Assembly (NCBI GenBank): GCA_010093745.1
Contig: MU005964.1
Coordinates: 62,001 to 126,000, forward strand
Length of the DNA stretch: 64,000 nucleotides
DNA from: Piedraia hortae CBS 480.64
Lineage: Eukaryota
Direction: 5' to 3'
Below are positions 19,546 through 32,035 of the stretch, in pieces. Made by a program: the position numbers and the translations under genes. Position 1 is the first letter of the stretch, and each line of letters starts with the position of its first letter. Below the pieces are notes generated by a model. It was not told the DNA's origin, made no database searches, and saw nothing but the letters and a program-made list of their open reading frames with translations.

Positions 19546-19628
19546 GGTCGGTTAGCTCAGTTGGTTAGAGCGTGGTGCTAATACAAATTGGTACGCCAAG
19601 GTCGTGGGTTCGACCCCCATACTGACCA
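19546..19628 (+). tRNA. tRNA-Ile(AAU) with 9-nt intron (19584-19592)
   Basis: Acceptor stem GGTCGGT/ACTGACC; A box TAGCTCAGTTGG; anticodon arm TGGTG-CT-AAT-A[intron]A-CGCCA; B box GGTTCGACCC; discriminator A; T6 terminator at about 19643-19648. Confidence 0.95.
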
Positions 19629-21345
19629 GTGTCATCCGTCTATTTTTGCGGGATTTACGGGACATTTTTTTACTCTGTGCAATTTTGATCACACGTTTAG
19701 GGAAGATTGATGGGATCAGCGACATGGGAGTTTGATCGGAATGCAGAGCAGACTGCCCAAGGTATAGTTGAATGGTGTGGGATTAATTTTGAGGGTGTCG
19801 GCCAAAGCTATGCTTTGTGTATAGAACCAAGCTTGTCAGGCCCGAGAGGCCGGAGGGCACAAGGGATGGAGTTATGCGGTGTGCGCTACGCTATACTGCC
19901 TAAAAGACTAGAAAAACGCGTGAAGAGCAAAAGGGCAACTGTCTCGGTGTTGTAGGATCGAGCGGGCCGTGCCGAAGCAACGTGACTGGTACTGGGCAAT
20001 ACGCTGCCTGAGCCTACTTTACAACCAACTGAACTAGTTTCTCCTCTCCCAGGTGGGAATAACCATTCCCGAGCGCGAAGTGAGGTGGGACTGAAACTCT
20101 CATCACCATTCTTTACAGTCAAAGCGGGATATAGTGGACACTGGATATGGCGAATCCCTCTTTATAGCGGATTTTCAGTACCCCCGATTTTCTCGGGGGA
20201 TGTCACGGCTAATGCCGACAGAGTCCGTGCTCTCTGTAGTAGTTAAGTAGCGCGCCTGGAGCCATCTCCTCGCGCGACAACATAGTTCCAACGCGTACCC
20301 TGACAGGAGAACATAAACACGTTTCTAGGGATCGGAGTTGAGGCGAGGGTGCTTACTCTAGGATTGTGCGAATAGAGTTGGTTCTTGAGAAGGGGAGGGT
20401 CGAGAATGAGTCGGTTTCGTTCATGGGGGAATATGCTCGTTACAGGGGCCCGTTTGGACTGTGATTGAGAGGGTCTCCAGTCGGGACAGCCCATGCAGTG
20501 CATCAGGTACACCATTTGCGGACAGGGTGACGTCGGGGAATGGCCACAGAGAGTCAAGTTCAGGTGGGTAGAGTGCTCCCAACGCAGCTGCCAGGCAGCC
20601 GGCTTGGTGCGTAAGGTGCAATCGATACAATGGCTTGACCTTCGAGAATTTGGACATCTGTCCATCCCCAATGGCAGGTAGTCTAGCTTCAATGTTGGGC
20701 TATTCTACGAAGAAGACTAGCGGTCCTGCTTACGATCTCGTGTTTCGAGGATGGTTGATTGGACGGGGGGTGGGTGTTACGTGTCGAGGTCCATTCGTAA
20801 ATGATATCCGATGAGGCTTGATTAGGCATATGGCTGACTCTTTGGCTTGTTTTGTATGAGATGAAAGTCTTTCCAGAGGCAGGTTCTACTTGTATGAAGA
20901 CGTCCTCCAAGAGGATATCCACGAAGAGGCTAGCAAGGCCGCTATTGTTGATCTGTTCAGGGATTCCTCATATTACTTGTGATTAGACCATCTAGGTTGT
21001 GGTCTTTTGATAAGGAGCAGATCAATAGTCTCCGCTATCCCAACGTAAAGTGCAGCGGAGCCAAGCAATTGGCTGGCACGTGACTCGCACTGGAAGGGGA
21101 AATGGAAAAGTGGCCACAACGACATCCCTCGCATTATCCTTGAATATCACTGCTAACACACTACGACTTGGTTGATGCTCACGGCCTTGTCTCTAGGGGC
21201 GCAGATCACCCCTTGCGAGGTTTCCCGCCCAGTCCGGCAGGTTTTCTAGAGTACTCTCCTTGCTTTTCCAAAAGGGCAACGCGACGTAAGTAGTCTACAT
21301 GCCACGTCGTAGCTGTGGAGCTAACAGGGACAGCAGAAGGTTATC

Positions 21346-22443
21346 ATGGCACAGGAGACGGACGTCTGGAAGGGTCTCCAGAACTGGGCTCTCTTTGTTC
21401 CCGTAGTGGTGGGCCTCGGGGCCTACTACTCACTGAGCCAGAGACGTCAGAATGCCAGGCCGGCCACAGCTGCTCCGAACAAAAGGAGCGAACGGGAGGT
21501 CCGGAGCAAATCGGCTAAGAAAGAGGATCAGGCGTCCGGCGAGCCTAAGAAGCGCAAGGCTCCGCCGCGTCCGAAGGGGGACGTTCCGGCTGTGCCTTCG
21601 ACCACGTTCACGGAGCCCGAGAGAGAGGATATGAGCACCAAACAGTTTGCAGCGAGGATGGCGAAAGCCAAACAGGGCACAGATCTCTCAGCCCCCAAGG
21701 GCGGCGACCGTCGCGTGAAGACGGTAAAGCAGGGCAAGGCCGTCGATACCCCTGTCATCTCCTCGGCCTCTTCGGCGGATGAAGCAACTCCCTACGCTGG
21801 CAACGTCAATGATATGCTAGAGCCAGCCGCTCCCGGGCCCTCTGTGCTTAAAATCACACCACCTACCAAGCCGGCCAAGGAAAAGGCGCCGCGCCAGAAG
21901 AAGGAAGAGCCGGTGGAGACCAAGAAGCAGCGTCAGAACCGTCAGAAGAAGGAGCAGGAAAAGGCTGAGCGGGAGCAGCAAGAGCAGCAGCGCCGGGTCC
22001 TCGAAGAACAGCAGCGTCGCATTGCTCGCGAGTCCCGCGGCGAACCGGCTAAGAACGGAGTGCCGGCTGCTAACGCCTGGAAGGAGAAGCCGGCCAAGCC
22101 GGTCGTTGATGGGCCTCTTTTGGATACATTTGATGAGTCCAGCGTGAAGGCTGGCGCTCCTGCCGAAGTTGCCTCGTCTGATGGTGAACCACCGGCCGAT
22201 GGATGGACGGTTGCGGCACCCAAGGGCAAGAAGAAGAAGGGCAGCAAGGGAGAGGAAGGAGAGAAGACTGTCGAGGAAGCCAAAGAGAAGGCTACACACG
22301 AGGCTCCCAAGGACAAGGCTACAACAGCTGCTCCAACGGCGAAGTGGATACAGACGGCTAAGCCCAATGGCTACACTGTCCTGGGCTCATACAAACAGCG
22401 CATCGACGTCGACGCCTCGGACCCGTCCAACTGGGACCCTTGA
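21346..22443 (+). CDS. Hypothetical protein with N-terminal membrane anchor and K/E-rich disordered/coiled region; probable 5'UTR intron 21286-21333/21336
   Basis: 365-aa ORF with strong codon bias, TM segment WALFVPVVVGLGAYY and ETKKQRQNRQK motif. Upstream sequence reads GTAAGT..GCTAAC..CAGCAG. Confidence 0.8.
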   Translation: MAQETDVWKGLQNWALFVPVVVGLGAYYSLSQRRQNARPATAAPNKRSEREVRSKSAKKEDQASGEPKKRKAPPRPKGDVPAVPSTTFTEPEREDMSTKQFAARMAKAKQGTDLSAPKGGDRRVKTVKQGKAVDTPVISSASSADEATPYAGNVNDMLEPAAPGPSVLKITPPTKPAKEKAPRQKKEEPVETKKQRQNRQKKEQEKAEREQQEQQRRVLEEQQRRIARESRGEPAKNGVPAANAWKEKPAKPVVDGPLLDTFDESSVKAGAPAEVASSDGEPPADGWTVAAPKGKKKKGSKGEEGEKTVEEAKEKATHEAPKDKATTAAPTAKWIQTAKPNGYTVLGSYKQRIDVDASDPSNWDP

Positions 22444-22917
22444 GCGGGCTGGACAGGCTGAAACCTGGGATGACAGAACAAGGCTTGGGGAATGCGTACA
22501 ACAAGGCCCTAGTGTAGTGTTTTAAATTATGTACGTCAGCACAATGCATTCGGTCTATTCGTTCAGAATGAGCGAATGAAATCACCTTGGGATGAACTAG
22601 GATGGATGCGGAACGTATCCGCAGGACGGAACCGTTCCGAATATCAATAGCTTCGCTGCATCGAATCAGGAGCGGGGACTTGTAAGAGCGTATTTGGAAA
22701 TGGGGATAAGGAAGGTTAAACTGGCCACGTGTACTGAATATTCATTTCCTGCGCTGTTCTTTGTAGATTTCCACAGTCTCTTTGCAAAACAGAAGGACGC
22801 CCGGACCCTCGACCCACAAGGGGACAGTTTTCCACTGCAGCCCCCACAACCGGCATAATTCCACACCCCACTTGACACTATCCCATTTTGCTGCTGCGCA
22901 GCTTAGACGACATCTCC

Positions 22918-23934
<1,017 letters not shown>

Positions 23935-24183
23935 GCAGCAACAGGACAAGGGTTGGATTAGAGTTCGCAATAGGCTGATGGAGCGGGAGCTATCTACAAT
24001 CTGCAGCGACTGTCTATGGAGTATGGAGTGACATCATCTACACTGTAACGACCATGTGATTGCGCGTGGCTACGATGAAGTCTTGGCATGTGGGGGAGGA
24101 ACGTGTGCTATGCCGTTTTAAGTTAGTGCGTCGCGCAGACAGCTCTACCACAACCAGCAGCTGTAGGCTGTTGCGGACGCAAA

Positions 24184-26745
24184 ATGGTCTCTCTCATGCA
24201 GCGCAGCAGCTTCAACGCAAATAGCATCTTTAATCCGCGTAGGAGCACCTCCCTTGCTGCCAATAACGTGGATTCTTCCGACATCGTTCTGCCATCGATT
24301 GAGACCGAAAAAGAAGACAGCAACCTTTGGTTCGGACACGACGCGGACGAGTTTGCGCGACTGACGGACGCGTTCCTGGCCCGTGTTTCCAAGACCGACG
24401 TCGACAACTACGATGCTGCGCAGATATTGGTGCAGGATTACGGGCGGTTGACGCGTAAGACGATGGCAGAACGGCGCAAGGCGTATGAAAAGGAGCGCGC
24501 GGAGCAATTACGCAGGGAGTGGGCAGAGCGCACGGCGCTGTCTACCAATAAGCCGCTCGCAGTAATGGCAGAGCAGGTCTACAGCTTGCGGCAGTATGAG
24601 CAAGAGTGCGACATCTGGTCCCTTTTCGGCCTCATGCTGGAATTGCGCATGAAGAATCTTGCTCCACAGCGGTATGCGCGCGAGCAGACGGCAAGGACGT
24701 CGTTCCTGACTGAGATAAACCGCTATACGCCGGAGAAAGAGCTGTGGGATAGGTTTCTGGTAGAAGATGATGAGGCGAGGGAACAGGAAGCGGTCAAGAA
24801 GTGGCTGGAGAAGACGGCAGACCATCAGGACAGCAACATTGCGGCCATTGTGGCAGAGCTGGAGAAGCGGTCAGGGTCCGGCAAAGGCCTCTGGAGTCAG
24901 GGCTGGATGCACACGCGCGAGAAGATCAAGGGCGAGAAGCGACTGCGTTCATGGCCCAGTGGCTCCCAGTCCATCCGTCCACAAATTCGCGACTCCGCAG
25001 GCACGGAGATGCTCGTCACCCAGCTTGATCCAGACGCCCCGTCGCGTCAGAACGGTGTGCTGGAGCAGCCGGATAAGTACTACGAAAAGGCAGTGTGGGT
25101 AGCCATTTGGGAGATGCTGCGGCGGGGAAAGTCGCTGCAGGATATTGGCGAATGGTGTGAACAGCGCCGCGAGGGTTGGCGAGCGGCCGTTCTGTCTGGT
25201 CAAGGCCCCGAGTGGCGGCGCATGTGTTACCAGGCGTCTGTTAATTGCTCGGCAGACTACGAGGCGGCTGTTTATGGGCTGCTGGGAGGGAATATTGAAG
25301 TGGCTCAGAGGGTATGTTATACGGTTGAGGACCATCTCTTCGCTCACTACACCGTCGTCCTCGTCCGTAAATTCCATGACTATGTGCAGAAATGTCCTGG
25401 TCGTCAGAGTGAGCCTTTGCCTGGTCAAATGCCCTCAGACGTCAGCCGCACCATTCAGCAGCTGCGAGAAACCAAGACGGAATGGTCTGCTCCTCTGAAG
25501 ATTGTCGAGAGCTATATCCTCGCCAAGAACTTTTTCGATCTTTTTGTTGCTGTCGGCCACGCCGTTTCTGACCTGGACGCGATGCGTGGAGATCAGGCAC
25601 GCACAGTGGCTCGGTTACGGCTCCCTCCACTCTCCCTCGAGCCAGAAGCAAAAGTCGTAGGCGATGCACACACGCTTAGGGTGGTGGTGCATATGCTGAT
25701 GATCATCCGCGCAGTAGAGACCGATTGGCTTATGGGGCCGGCCGAAGAAAACATCCTCGCGGCCTACGTGCAGACATTACGGGCAGCAGATCGGTGGGAT
25801 GCAGCTCCCTTGTACGCAGCATATATCTCTCCTCCTCGCCAGGAAATCGTCCTCGGTCACGTCCTCGAAGACATTCACTCAACCCAAGACCAGCGCAACT
25901 TTCTCAAACTTTTAGTAAAATACCGCGAACCCGCCATCCTCGTCATCCAACAACGTCTGGAAATGGCACTTCAAGACACAAAGACTCAAACTCAAACCCC
26001 CCTCGCAATCCTCCAAGGAACACCCACAGGACCACGAATTCGCAAAAACTTTCTCCCCACAGCCCTCGACGAAACCGACACCGCCATCCTAGAAACCCTA
26101 CACTGGTTCCAGCTCCTCCCGGCGGTCGACTGGCCCCTAGCCTTCCCGTCCCTCACAACCGCCCTCCGCAAATGTCTTTTATCCGGTCGTTTCGCAATCT
26201 GCAACGCCATCGTACGCGACTTTCCCTTTGCAACCTACTCCCCCAACCCACGGCACAAATCCGGAGACTCCTACCACTCCATAACCCTCATCCTCGCCGC
26301 CGCAGAAGCCCTATCCGACTGGATCGCAACCGACCCATCCTCGGAACACACCCCAACCTCACCAAACGGCCATCCCCATAAAGCGACGCATTCACTTACA
26401 ACGAAAATGTCCCCACTACTCCACATCCGCGAGGCAGGCCTCCCTTTCCCCTCATCCGATGCGGTGGCTGAGGGGGGCGACATCCTCCCCCCGCTCATCA
26501 CGGACTTGATTCTCGCGTATATCCTTGCGTTGAGTGATGCGGGGAGGAACGGTATCCGTGGCGCTTACGAGGAGTGTATGGACATTGCGGTTCAGGTTGC
26601 GGGGAATGAATACCTTACGCAATGTTTTGGGAAATTGGGAAAGATGAACCAGCTGGTGGAGTTGTTTGCGGATACGGCGCAGGATATGCTTGGCAAGGGC
26701 GATGGGTGGGATTATAAAGGCAGGGGGGTGGGAGTTTGGGGGTGA
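24184..26745 (+). CDS. NUP84: Nucleoporin Nup84/Nup107
   Basis: Motifs VTQLDPDAP, WEMLRRGK, WRAAVLSG and YEAAVYGLLGG are typical of the Nup84/107 family. 853-aa intronless ORF. Confidence 0.88.
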   Translation: MVSLMQRSSFNANSIFNPRRSTSLAANNVDSSDIVLPSIETEKEDSNLWFGHDADEFARLTDAFLARVSKTDVDNYDAAQILVQDYGRLTRKTMAERRKAYEKERAEQLRREWAERTALSTNKPLAVMAEQVYSLRQYEQECDIWSLFGLMLELRMKNLAPQRYAREQTARTSFLTEINRYTPEKELWDRFLVEDDEAREQEAVKKWLEKTADHQDSNIAAIVAELEKRSGSGKGLWSQGWMHTREKIKGEKRLRSWPSGSQSIRPQIRDSAGTEMLVTQLDPDAPSRQNGVLEQPDKYYEKAVWVAIWEMLRRGKSLQDIGEWCEQRREGWRAAVLSGQGPEWRRMCYQASVNCSADYEAAVYGLLGGNIEVAQRVCYTVEDHLFAHYTVVLVRKFHDYVQKCPGRQSEPLPGQMPSDVSRTIQQLRETKTEWSAPLKIVESYILAKNFFDLFVAVGHAVSDLDAMRGDQARTVARLRLPPLSLEPEAKVVGDAHTLRVVVHMLMIIRAVETDWLMGPAEENILAAYVQTLRAADRWDAAPLYAAYISPPRQEIVLGHVLEDIHSTQDQRNFLKLLVKYREPAILVIQQRLEMALQDTKTQTQTPLAILQGTPTGPRIRKNFLPTALDETDTAILETLHWFQLLPAVDWPLAFPSLTTALRKCLLSGRFAICNAIVRDFPFATYSPNPRHKSGDSYHSITLILAAAEALSDWIATDPSSEHTPTSPNGHPHKATHSLTTKMSPLLHIREAGLPFPSSDAVAEGGDILPPLITDLILAYILALSDAGRNGIRGAYEECMDIAVQVAGNEYLTQCFGKLGKMNQLVELFADTAQDMLGKGDGWDYKGRGVGVWG

Positions 26746-27865
26746 GGTCATGTATGTATTATTTGGTGGTGAGGTGGTGAGGTTGTGTAGTGTAACTTAG
26801 TTTGGGTGGGGTTTTTTATGAAATGGGGGTCGTATGGTAGTGCTGCTCCGGGTTTACAGGCTGTGTGTTTTTCGGTTTTGGACGTTGCAACGTGGTGGTG
26901 GATGTAGGCTAACGCTGAGTTTTAACGGTTTGTGTTGACTCGTTCCTTGTGGGAACCTTTAAATCTCTATCTTGACTGTCTTTTGCTCTGGAAGAGGAAG
27001 AGGTTCTTTGTGATAGTCTGTGGCAGGGGATGTAACCCTGTCGTGTGTACTCCAACTTCCTCTACGTTTCATCATGTGGATCTCAGTGCGACGCGAATGA
27101 CCATCTTACGTCAACTGATTCTCTACACACAGCAGCCTAAACCGAAGTTATTCATCTAGTAAAGGAAGAATTCTCTTTGACTACTTCCTCCCTACTCATC
27201 ATGAAGCGATCCAGCATCGGTAGCCCACTTGGAATACAAATATTTAGGCCATTGAACGACCATTGACACACACACACCTTTAACACAGTGCCTTAGAAAT
27301 CAGTATTGCTTATGCTTCGGATGCACAGATCGAGTATACACGACATATTCTTTTACTTTTTGGACCTGCACACCCCGATCCATTAGCCATATTGTTCTAA
27401 TAAGCAGCGGCACCTCACAGGTGTGTCAATATATACGCGTATCTAGAGCTACACAAGAAAATTTCTGAGTACTCGAACCCTGGTCAGGGATGTGGGTCAT
27501 CACCTGCGGATCGCTCCGTGGCAACCTGCACAACACATAGATGAAAAAATTCCTGCGTCAAAGTCGACTCTTCCTACTAAGTTCGCAAGTAGGCTACGGT
27601 GAGTATGTCGACCGCGCCAAGAATCTTGGCACAGAGCGTCTGCTATCCTCAGGTGCGCGTTGCGAAGAACATCAAGAACTCTGATAAATCCCAGAGCCAC
27701 ATGGCAGATATATTTTCAGAAGCTCACCAACGTGGCTGACAGATGCCCTCCGATGCCGTGCATACGTCCGAAGTCAAAACCTTAAATGCAGGAACGAACC
27801 GCGGGATACATGTGATCCAGCCTCTCAATGTGATAACCAATACCCAACCATGCTGAGAAAGAGGA

Positions 27866-29546
27866 ATGACACGCAGCAAAACACTAGTAGAATGCATCAT
27901 TGAGATTGCTACGTTTTGGATAACCGTATGTCAAACCATCATTCAACGACATAGGATAAAAAAGCTGAGAGGATCAGGCACTAGGAACGTATATCCGACA
28001 AAAAAGCGACAAGGATCTACTTCTGGAAACGCTGCAACATGCGCGGATTTACGAAGAATGGGAGGCTGCCGCGCACCAGCTCGATGCTGTGGATGGTGAT
28101 AACGAACTCTGGCGCGATGAAAGCGCAAGTAAGGAATATGATTATCGTCTTATTCACGCGCGCACGATGCAGGTCATTGATGCGTTTGAACGCGAGGATG
28201 TGGATATGGTAGCTGCGCTGCTGCGTTCGGGGCTGGTGAGAAATTTGGGGAATATCGCTTCGCCTAGGTTGTATAACCGTGCGTATGCGGGCACGAAGCT
28301 GTTGATTGAGGATTATGTCGCGCAGATGGCGCTCGCGGTGAGGTTTCTGGCGACGACGGACCGGGTGCATGCTCAGCAGAAGATGGATATGCTGCATCAT
28401 GCGCGTATGGCGTTTGGGCGAACGTGTCTTGTCATGCGAGGGGGGAGCGTTTTTGGGTGGTGCCATCTCGGTGTTGTCAAGGCGCTGAATCTCAGGGGCT
28501 TGTTGCCGCGCATTGTGCTCGGGACGGCTACGGGCGCCTTGATGGCTGCTCTGGTGTGCGTCTACACAGAAGACGAGTTGCCCGAGGTCTTAAGCGGACA
28601 GCGAATCGATATCGTCGGAAAGGCATCCGACGGATCTATCTGGGAGAGAGCAGCAGCTTTTATATCTTCGGGTCCAACTATCGACCGAGAAGCTCTGTTA
28701 GACCGCTTATGCGAAGATGTAGGCGACTTGACCTTTGCAGAAGCATATCGACGCACCAAACGCGTGCTCAACATGACGGTGCCAGCCGCCGGAGGCGTGC
28801 CAACTCTTCTCAACTACCTCACCGCCCCAAACGCACTCATCTGGTCCGCAGCCCGAGCATCTTTTACCAACAGCCCAGCACTGCTACGCAGCAAGTTACA
28901 CAACGGCAACGTCGTTCCGTGGAACGTAGCCACATCAACACCACCAATCACAAAAACAACAGTACCGGAACACGAGCGCGACTCACCACTAGGTCGCGTA
29001 GCGGAGCTATTCAATGTGAACCACTTCATCGTCCCACAAGCGAGACCCTACATTGCACCGATCCTTGCGCCCTCGCTGAACCACACCCGCTCTTCACGCA
29101 CCAGTCGAGTATCATGGACGAGCTCGGCGATGCATCTTGTCACGCTGGAGCTACAGCACAGGCTAGCGCAGCTAGACTCTTTAGGTCTCCTCTCGCCACG
29201 GCTGAGGCGGATCTTCATGGACGAGCCCGTGCCAGGTCCGTCATGGACCCTCGTCCCGGACGTCGGATTCAGCGACTTTTGGCGTCTTTTAGGTAAGACG
29301 CGCTGCGAGGAGGTCGAGAAGATGATGCGTCGTGGTGAGAGGTGCGTTTGGCCTGCTGTTTGTGCGCTCAAAATTCGCTGCGCGATTGAGGTCGAGCTGG
29401 ATAGGGGTTATCAGCTTGCTCGGAGACGGAAGCCGTTTGAACCTGTGGATGGGGAAGAAGAGTATCCATTAAAGAAGATTGAGGCTAGGCGTAGGGCTGC
29501 GTCGCTAGGTGCGCCGCCGGAGGCGGAGAATGTGGAGTGTTTGTAA
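27866..29546 (+). CDS. TGL3: Tgl3-like patatin-domain protein with degenerate lipase motif (intron 27926-27977)
   Basis: N-terminal Tgl-family region (YEEWEAAA..LD, GTKLLIEDYV, FGRTCL), plus GGSVFG..HLGVVKAL, LLNYLTAPN and ELFNVNHFIV. The nucleophile elbow reads GTATG. Confidence 0.85.
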
Positions 29547-30110
29547 TTGATGCTGTTCGGGTCTTGAATTTGTTCACGGTGTGGTGAGTATATTGTATAT
29601 TGCGGTGTTAGAGCTTCGTACGAACCTTTCTTCGTTCGAGTATTTGCTACGCTCTCATCTTCCAATGATAGCTCAATGTTCAAATTCTGTGGACTGCTTG
29701 TGGTAGTTCTGCATGGCTACGTCTATTACTGCTCTGACATTAACCCCATGTGGACTGAAATGTGGTGGTGTTGGTGTGGAGGCAGTGCGCGAGCTTGGCA
29801 TGAATCAACCGAGTGCATAGGTATGAAAGAAGATTTTTCTCGTCATTTGGTTTATACACATCCAGAAACACCCTTAATGACAAAACACTCGTAACCAAGG
29901 ACAGCGGTATCCATCGAGCGATATTAACTGTTCTCGACCCACCAGCAGACGTAGAATCGCTAGAAGTACTGCTCCAATTCCAACCAGCCAGATGTATAGA
30001 CAAAGCATCATGAAACCCACCACCACTCCAACCCGATGGTTACAACTTAAATCGCAAGGGTATATACACACACTCCATGCGCGCTAACAATGATATGATA
30101 CAAAGTACAA

Positions 30111-31661
30111 TCACACCCCAACCCCATTAAACTCAAACAAATCCCTCCTCTTCCCCAACACCGTCGCCAGACCCTGTAGGACCTCTGCCTGGAACGGCTC
30201 AAAGGGGACTCGTTCGCCATCAATAGAAATACACCCCTCAAGCACCTTACCCCCCTCTCCTGAGATCCAACTCTTCCAGCCCCCGCCCCTGCGCGGCTGA
30301 GGCGAGATTCTATACGCACACGCTTTCCGGTAGGAGACATCGTGGAAGCGAATGAGTTGCGCTTTTTCCACGCTAAGCATCATTTTGATTGCGCGGAGGC
30401 GACTGACGAGACCAGAGATGGATACGACATCGAGAAAGCCGTCGCGGGGGAGGGCGCAGGGGAAGAAAGGTGCGTCGGGTGACATCCAGCACATGTTTCC
30501 CGCGTAGAAGTTGCCTAGGTCGGGCATTTCTTGGGTGTGGAACTGGGGGGGTAAGGGAGATTGAATTGTGCCGTAGCGGAGGGGGGGCATACGGTCCTCG
30601 TCTGATGGCATAGAGGGGATGGGGAGGTCGACGTTCAGTTCCTTAGAGGCTGCGGCTCGGTACCCTTCCACTGCGAGACGGTGGGTTTCGATTAGTTCAT
30701 CCTTGTCGCTTCCGTCAGCGAGGATGGACACCTGTGCTGGGTAGACGGTTTTGCCTAGGAGACGGACGATGAAGCCCCATGTGAAGCGGAAGTCACCCAT
30801 CCATCTTATGGATTCTGTGCCGAGATCACTTTCAGCTACGATCCCGACGGATTGGGATAGGAAGCTGTAGAATTGATTGTTGCCTTGTGTGATGGCGACT
30901 AGGTCAAGAGGCATGCGCACGCCTTTGATGATGGCTACTGCCGCAATAGAGGGCGAGCTGGTACCATGAAGGTTCAGACTCATGGCATTGCCGCTGCCGC
31001 AGGGGATTTGGGCCACGGCAACTTTATGAAACGCCCGTCTCGGCTGCGGTTGTTGTGCTAAGCCGTTGAACACTTCGTGCGGGATGCCGTCCCCGCTGGC
31101 GCATACTACAGCGTCTACAGAGTCTACATCCAGCTCGCGAGCAATTTCCTGGGCGTGACCACGGTGCGTCGTCCTCTCGACTTGCATTTGACAGTTTGCT
31201 GCGGCGAAAATGGGCTCACATTCCCTTTCCCAGAGCCGTACTGCCTTGGCCTGACCCCCAAAAGGGTTGATAAGGACACGTAGTCGCTTCGCACGTATAA
31301 TATTTGGCGGATAGGCACTGTCCAGCAGCGAATCCACCCACTGCGCCGCGTTGGGCGAGTTGACCGGATTTCGGATCTCACAGACGTGACATTGTCGTTT
31401 GCTCCGCGGTCTTGCGTATTTGATCACCACCTGGTTTGACAAACATTCAGCCCAGAGGATGTTATAATATGGGATTGTCCATGTTGTTTGTGAGGACCGA
31501 CGCAGAGGTCGGCATATTGTTGAGTCTGGGGGGAAGCCGAAGATGATCAAGGAATCGGTACCAAGGGTAAGAGTTGTGGAATCTGATGTAGAGGATAATA
31601 CTGTTTCGGCCATGGAAATTTGTTTGGATACTCTGTCGAGGGATGAGTGGTTTGTTGCCAT
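30111..31661 (-). CDS. LCB4: Sphingoid long-chain base kinase (Lcb4/Lcb5 family)
   Basis: Motifs VLINPFGG, ASGDGIPHEVFNGL, IPCGSGNAMS, ESDLGTE..RWMGDFRF and ISIDGE. Confidence 0.93.
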   Translation of the reverse strand: MATNHSSLDRVSKQISMAETVLSSTSDSTTLTLGTDSLIIFGFPPDSTICRPLRRSSQTTWTIPYYNILWAECLSNQVVIKYARPRSKRQCHVCEIRNPVNSPNAAQWVDSLLDSAYPPNIIRAKRLRVLINPFGGQAKAVRLWERECEPIFAAANCQMQVERTTHRGHAQEIARELDVDSVDAVVCASGDGIPHEVFNGLAQQPQPRRAFHKVAVAQIPCGSGNAMSLNLHGTSSPSIAAVAIIKGVRMPLDLVAITQGNNQFYSFLSQSVGIVAESDLGTESIRWMGDFRFTWGFIVRLLGKTVYPAQVSILADGSDKDELIETHRLAVEGYRAAASKELNVDLPIPSMPSDEDRMPPLRYGTIQSPLPPQFHTQEMPDLGNFYAGNMCWMSPDAPFFPCALPRDGFLDVVSISGLVSRLRAIKMMLSVEKAQLIRFHDVSYRKACAYRISPQPRRGGGWKSWISGEGGKVLEGCISIDGERVPFEPFQAEVLQGLATVLGKRRDLFEFNGVGV

Positions 31662-32035
31662 ACTGCGATTAAGACGTCGGCATAAGTTGCGGGGAGCATG
31701 TTAGTTCAGCCACCAATGCGGCACTAATGCAGCCTCCCGCTATCGAGAATAGTCATGATCCCTGTCAAACGTCACGTGTGGGTCCAAACTATGTCCATGG
31801 TTGACTGAACGCGCATATTTTAGGTAAGTCCACTTAGAGCGGCTTGAACGTGCCCTAGAAAACAGACTGTGCTATTTGGCTGATCTGTTTACTTGGTCAA
31901 TGAGCAATCGATTTGTACGAACCGACGTCTGGCGGTTTCGCGTGGTTTTTCTTCTAACGACGGAGAGGTCAACGGATGGATGCGCAACCTGTGTGTAGTT
32001 TGAAGAGCGCGTTGGCAACGCTTCTGTACTCTGGG

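Noticed and set aside
20243..20922. Short minus-strand ORFs downstream of the tRNA
   Set aside because: Possibly a decayed gene, but I found no recognisable domain or consistent splice model.
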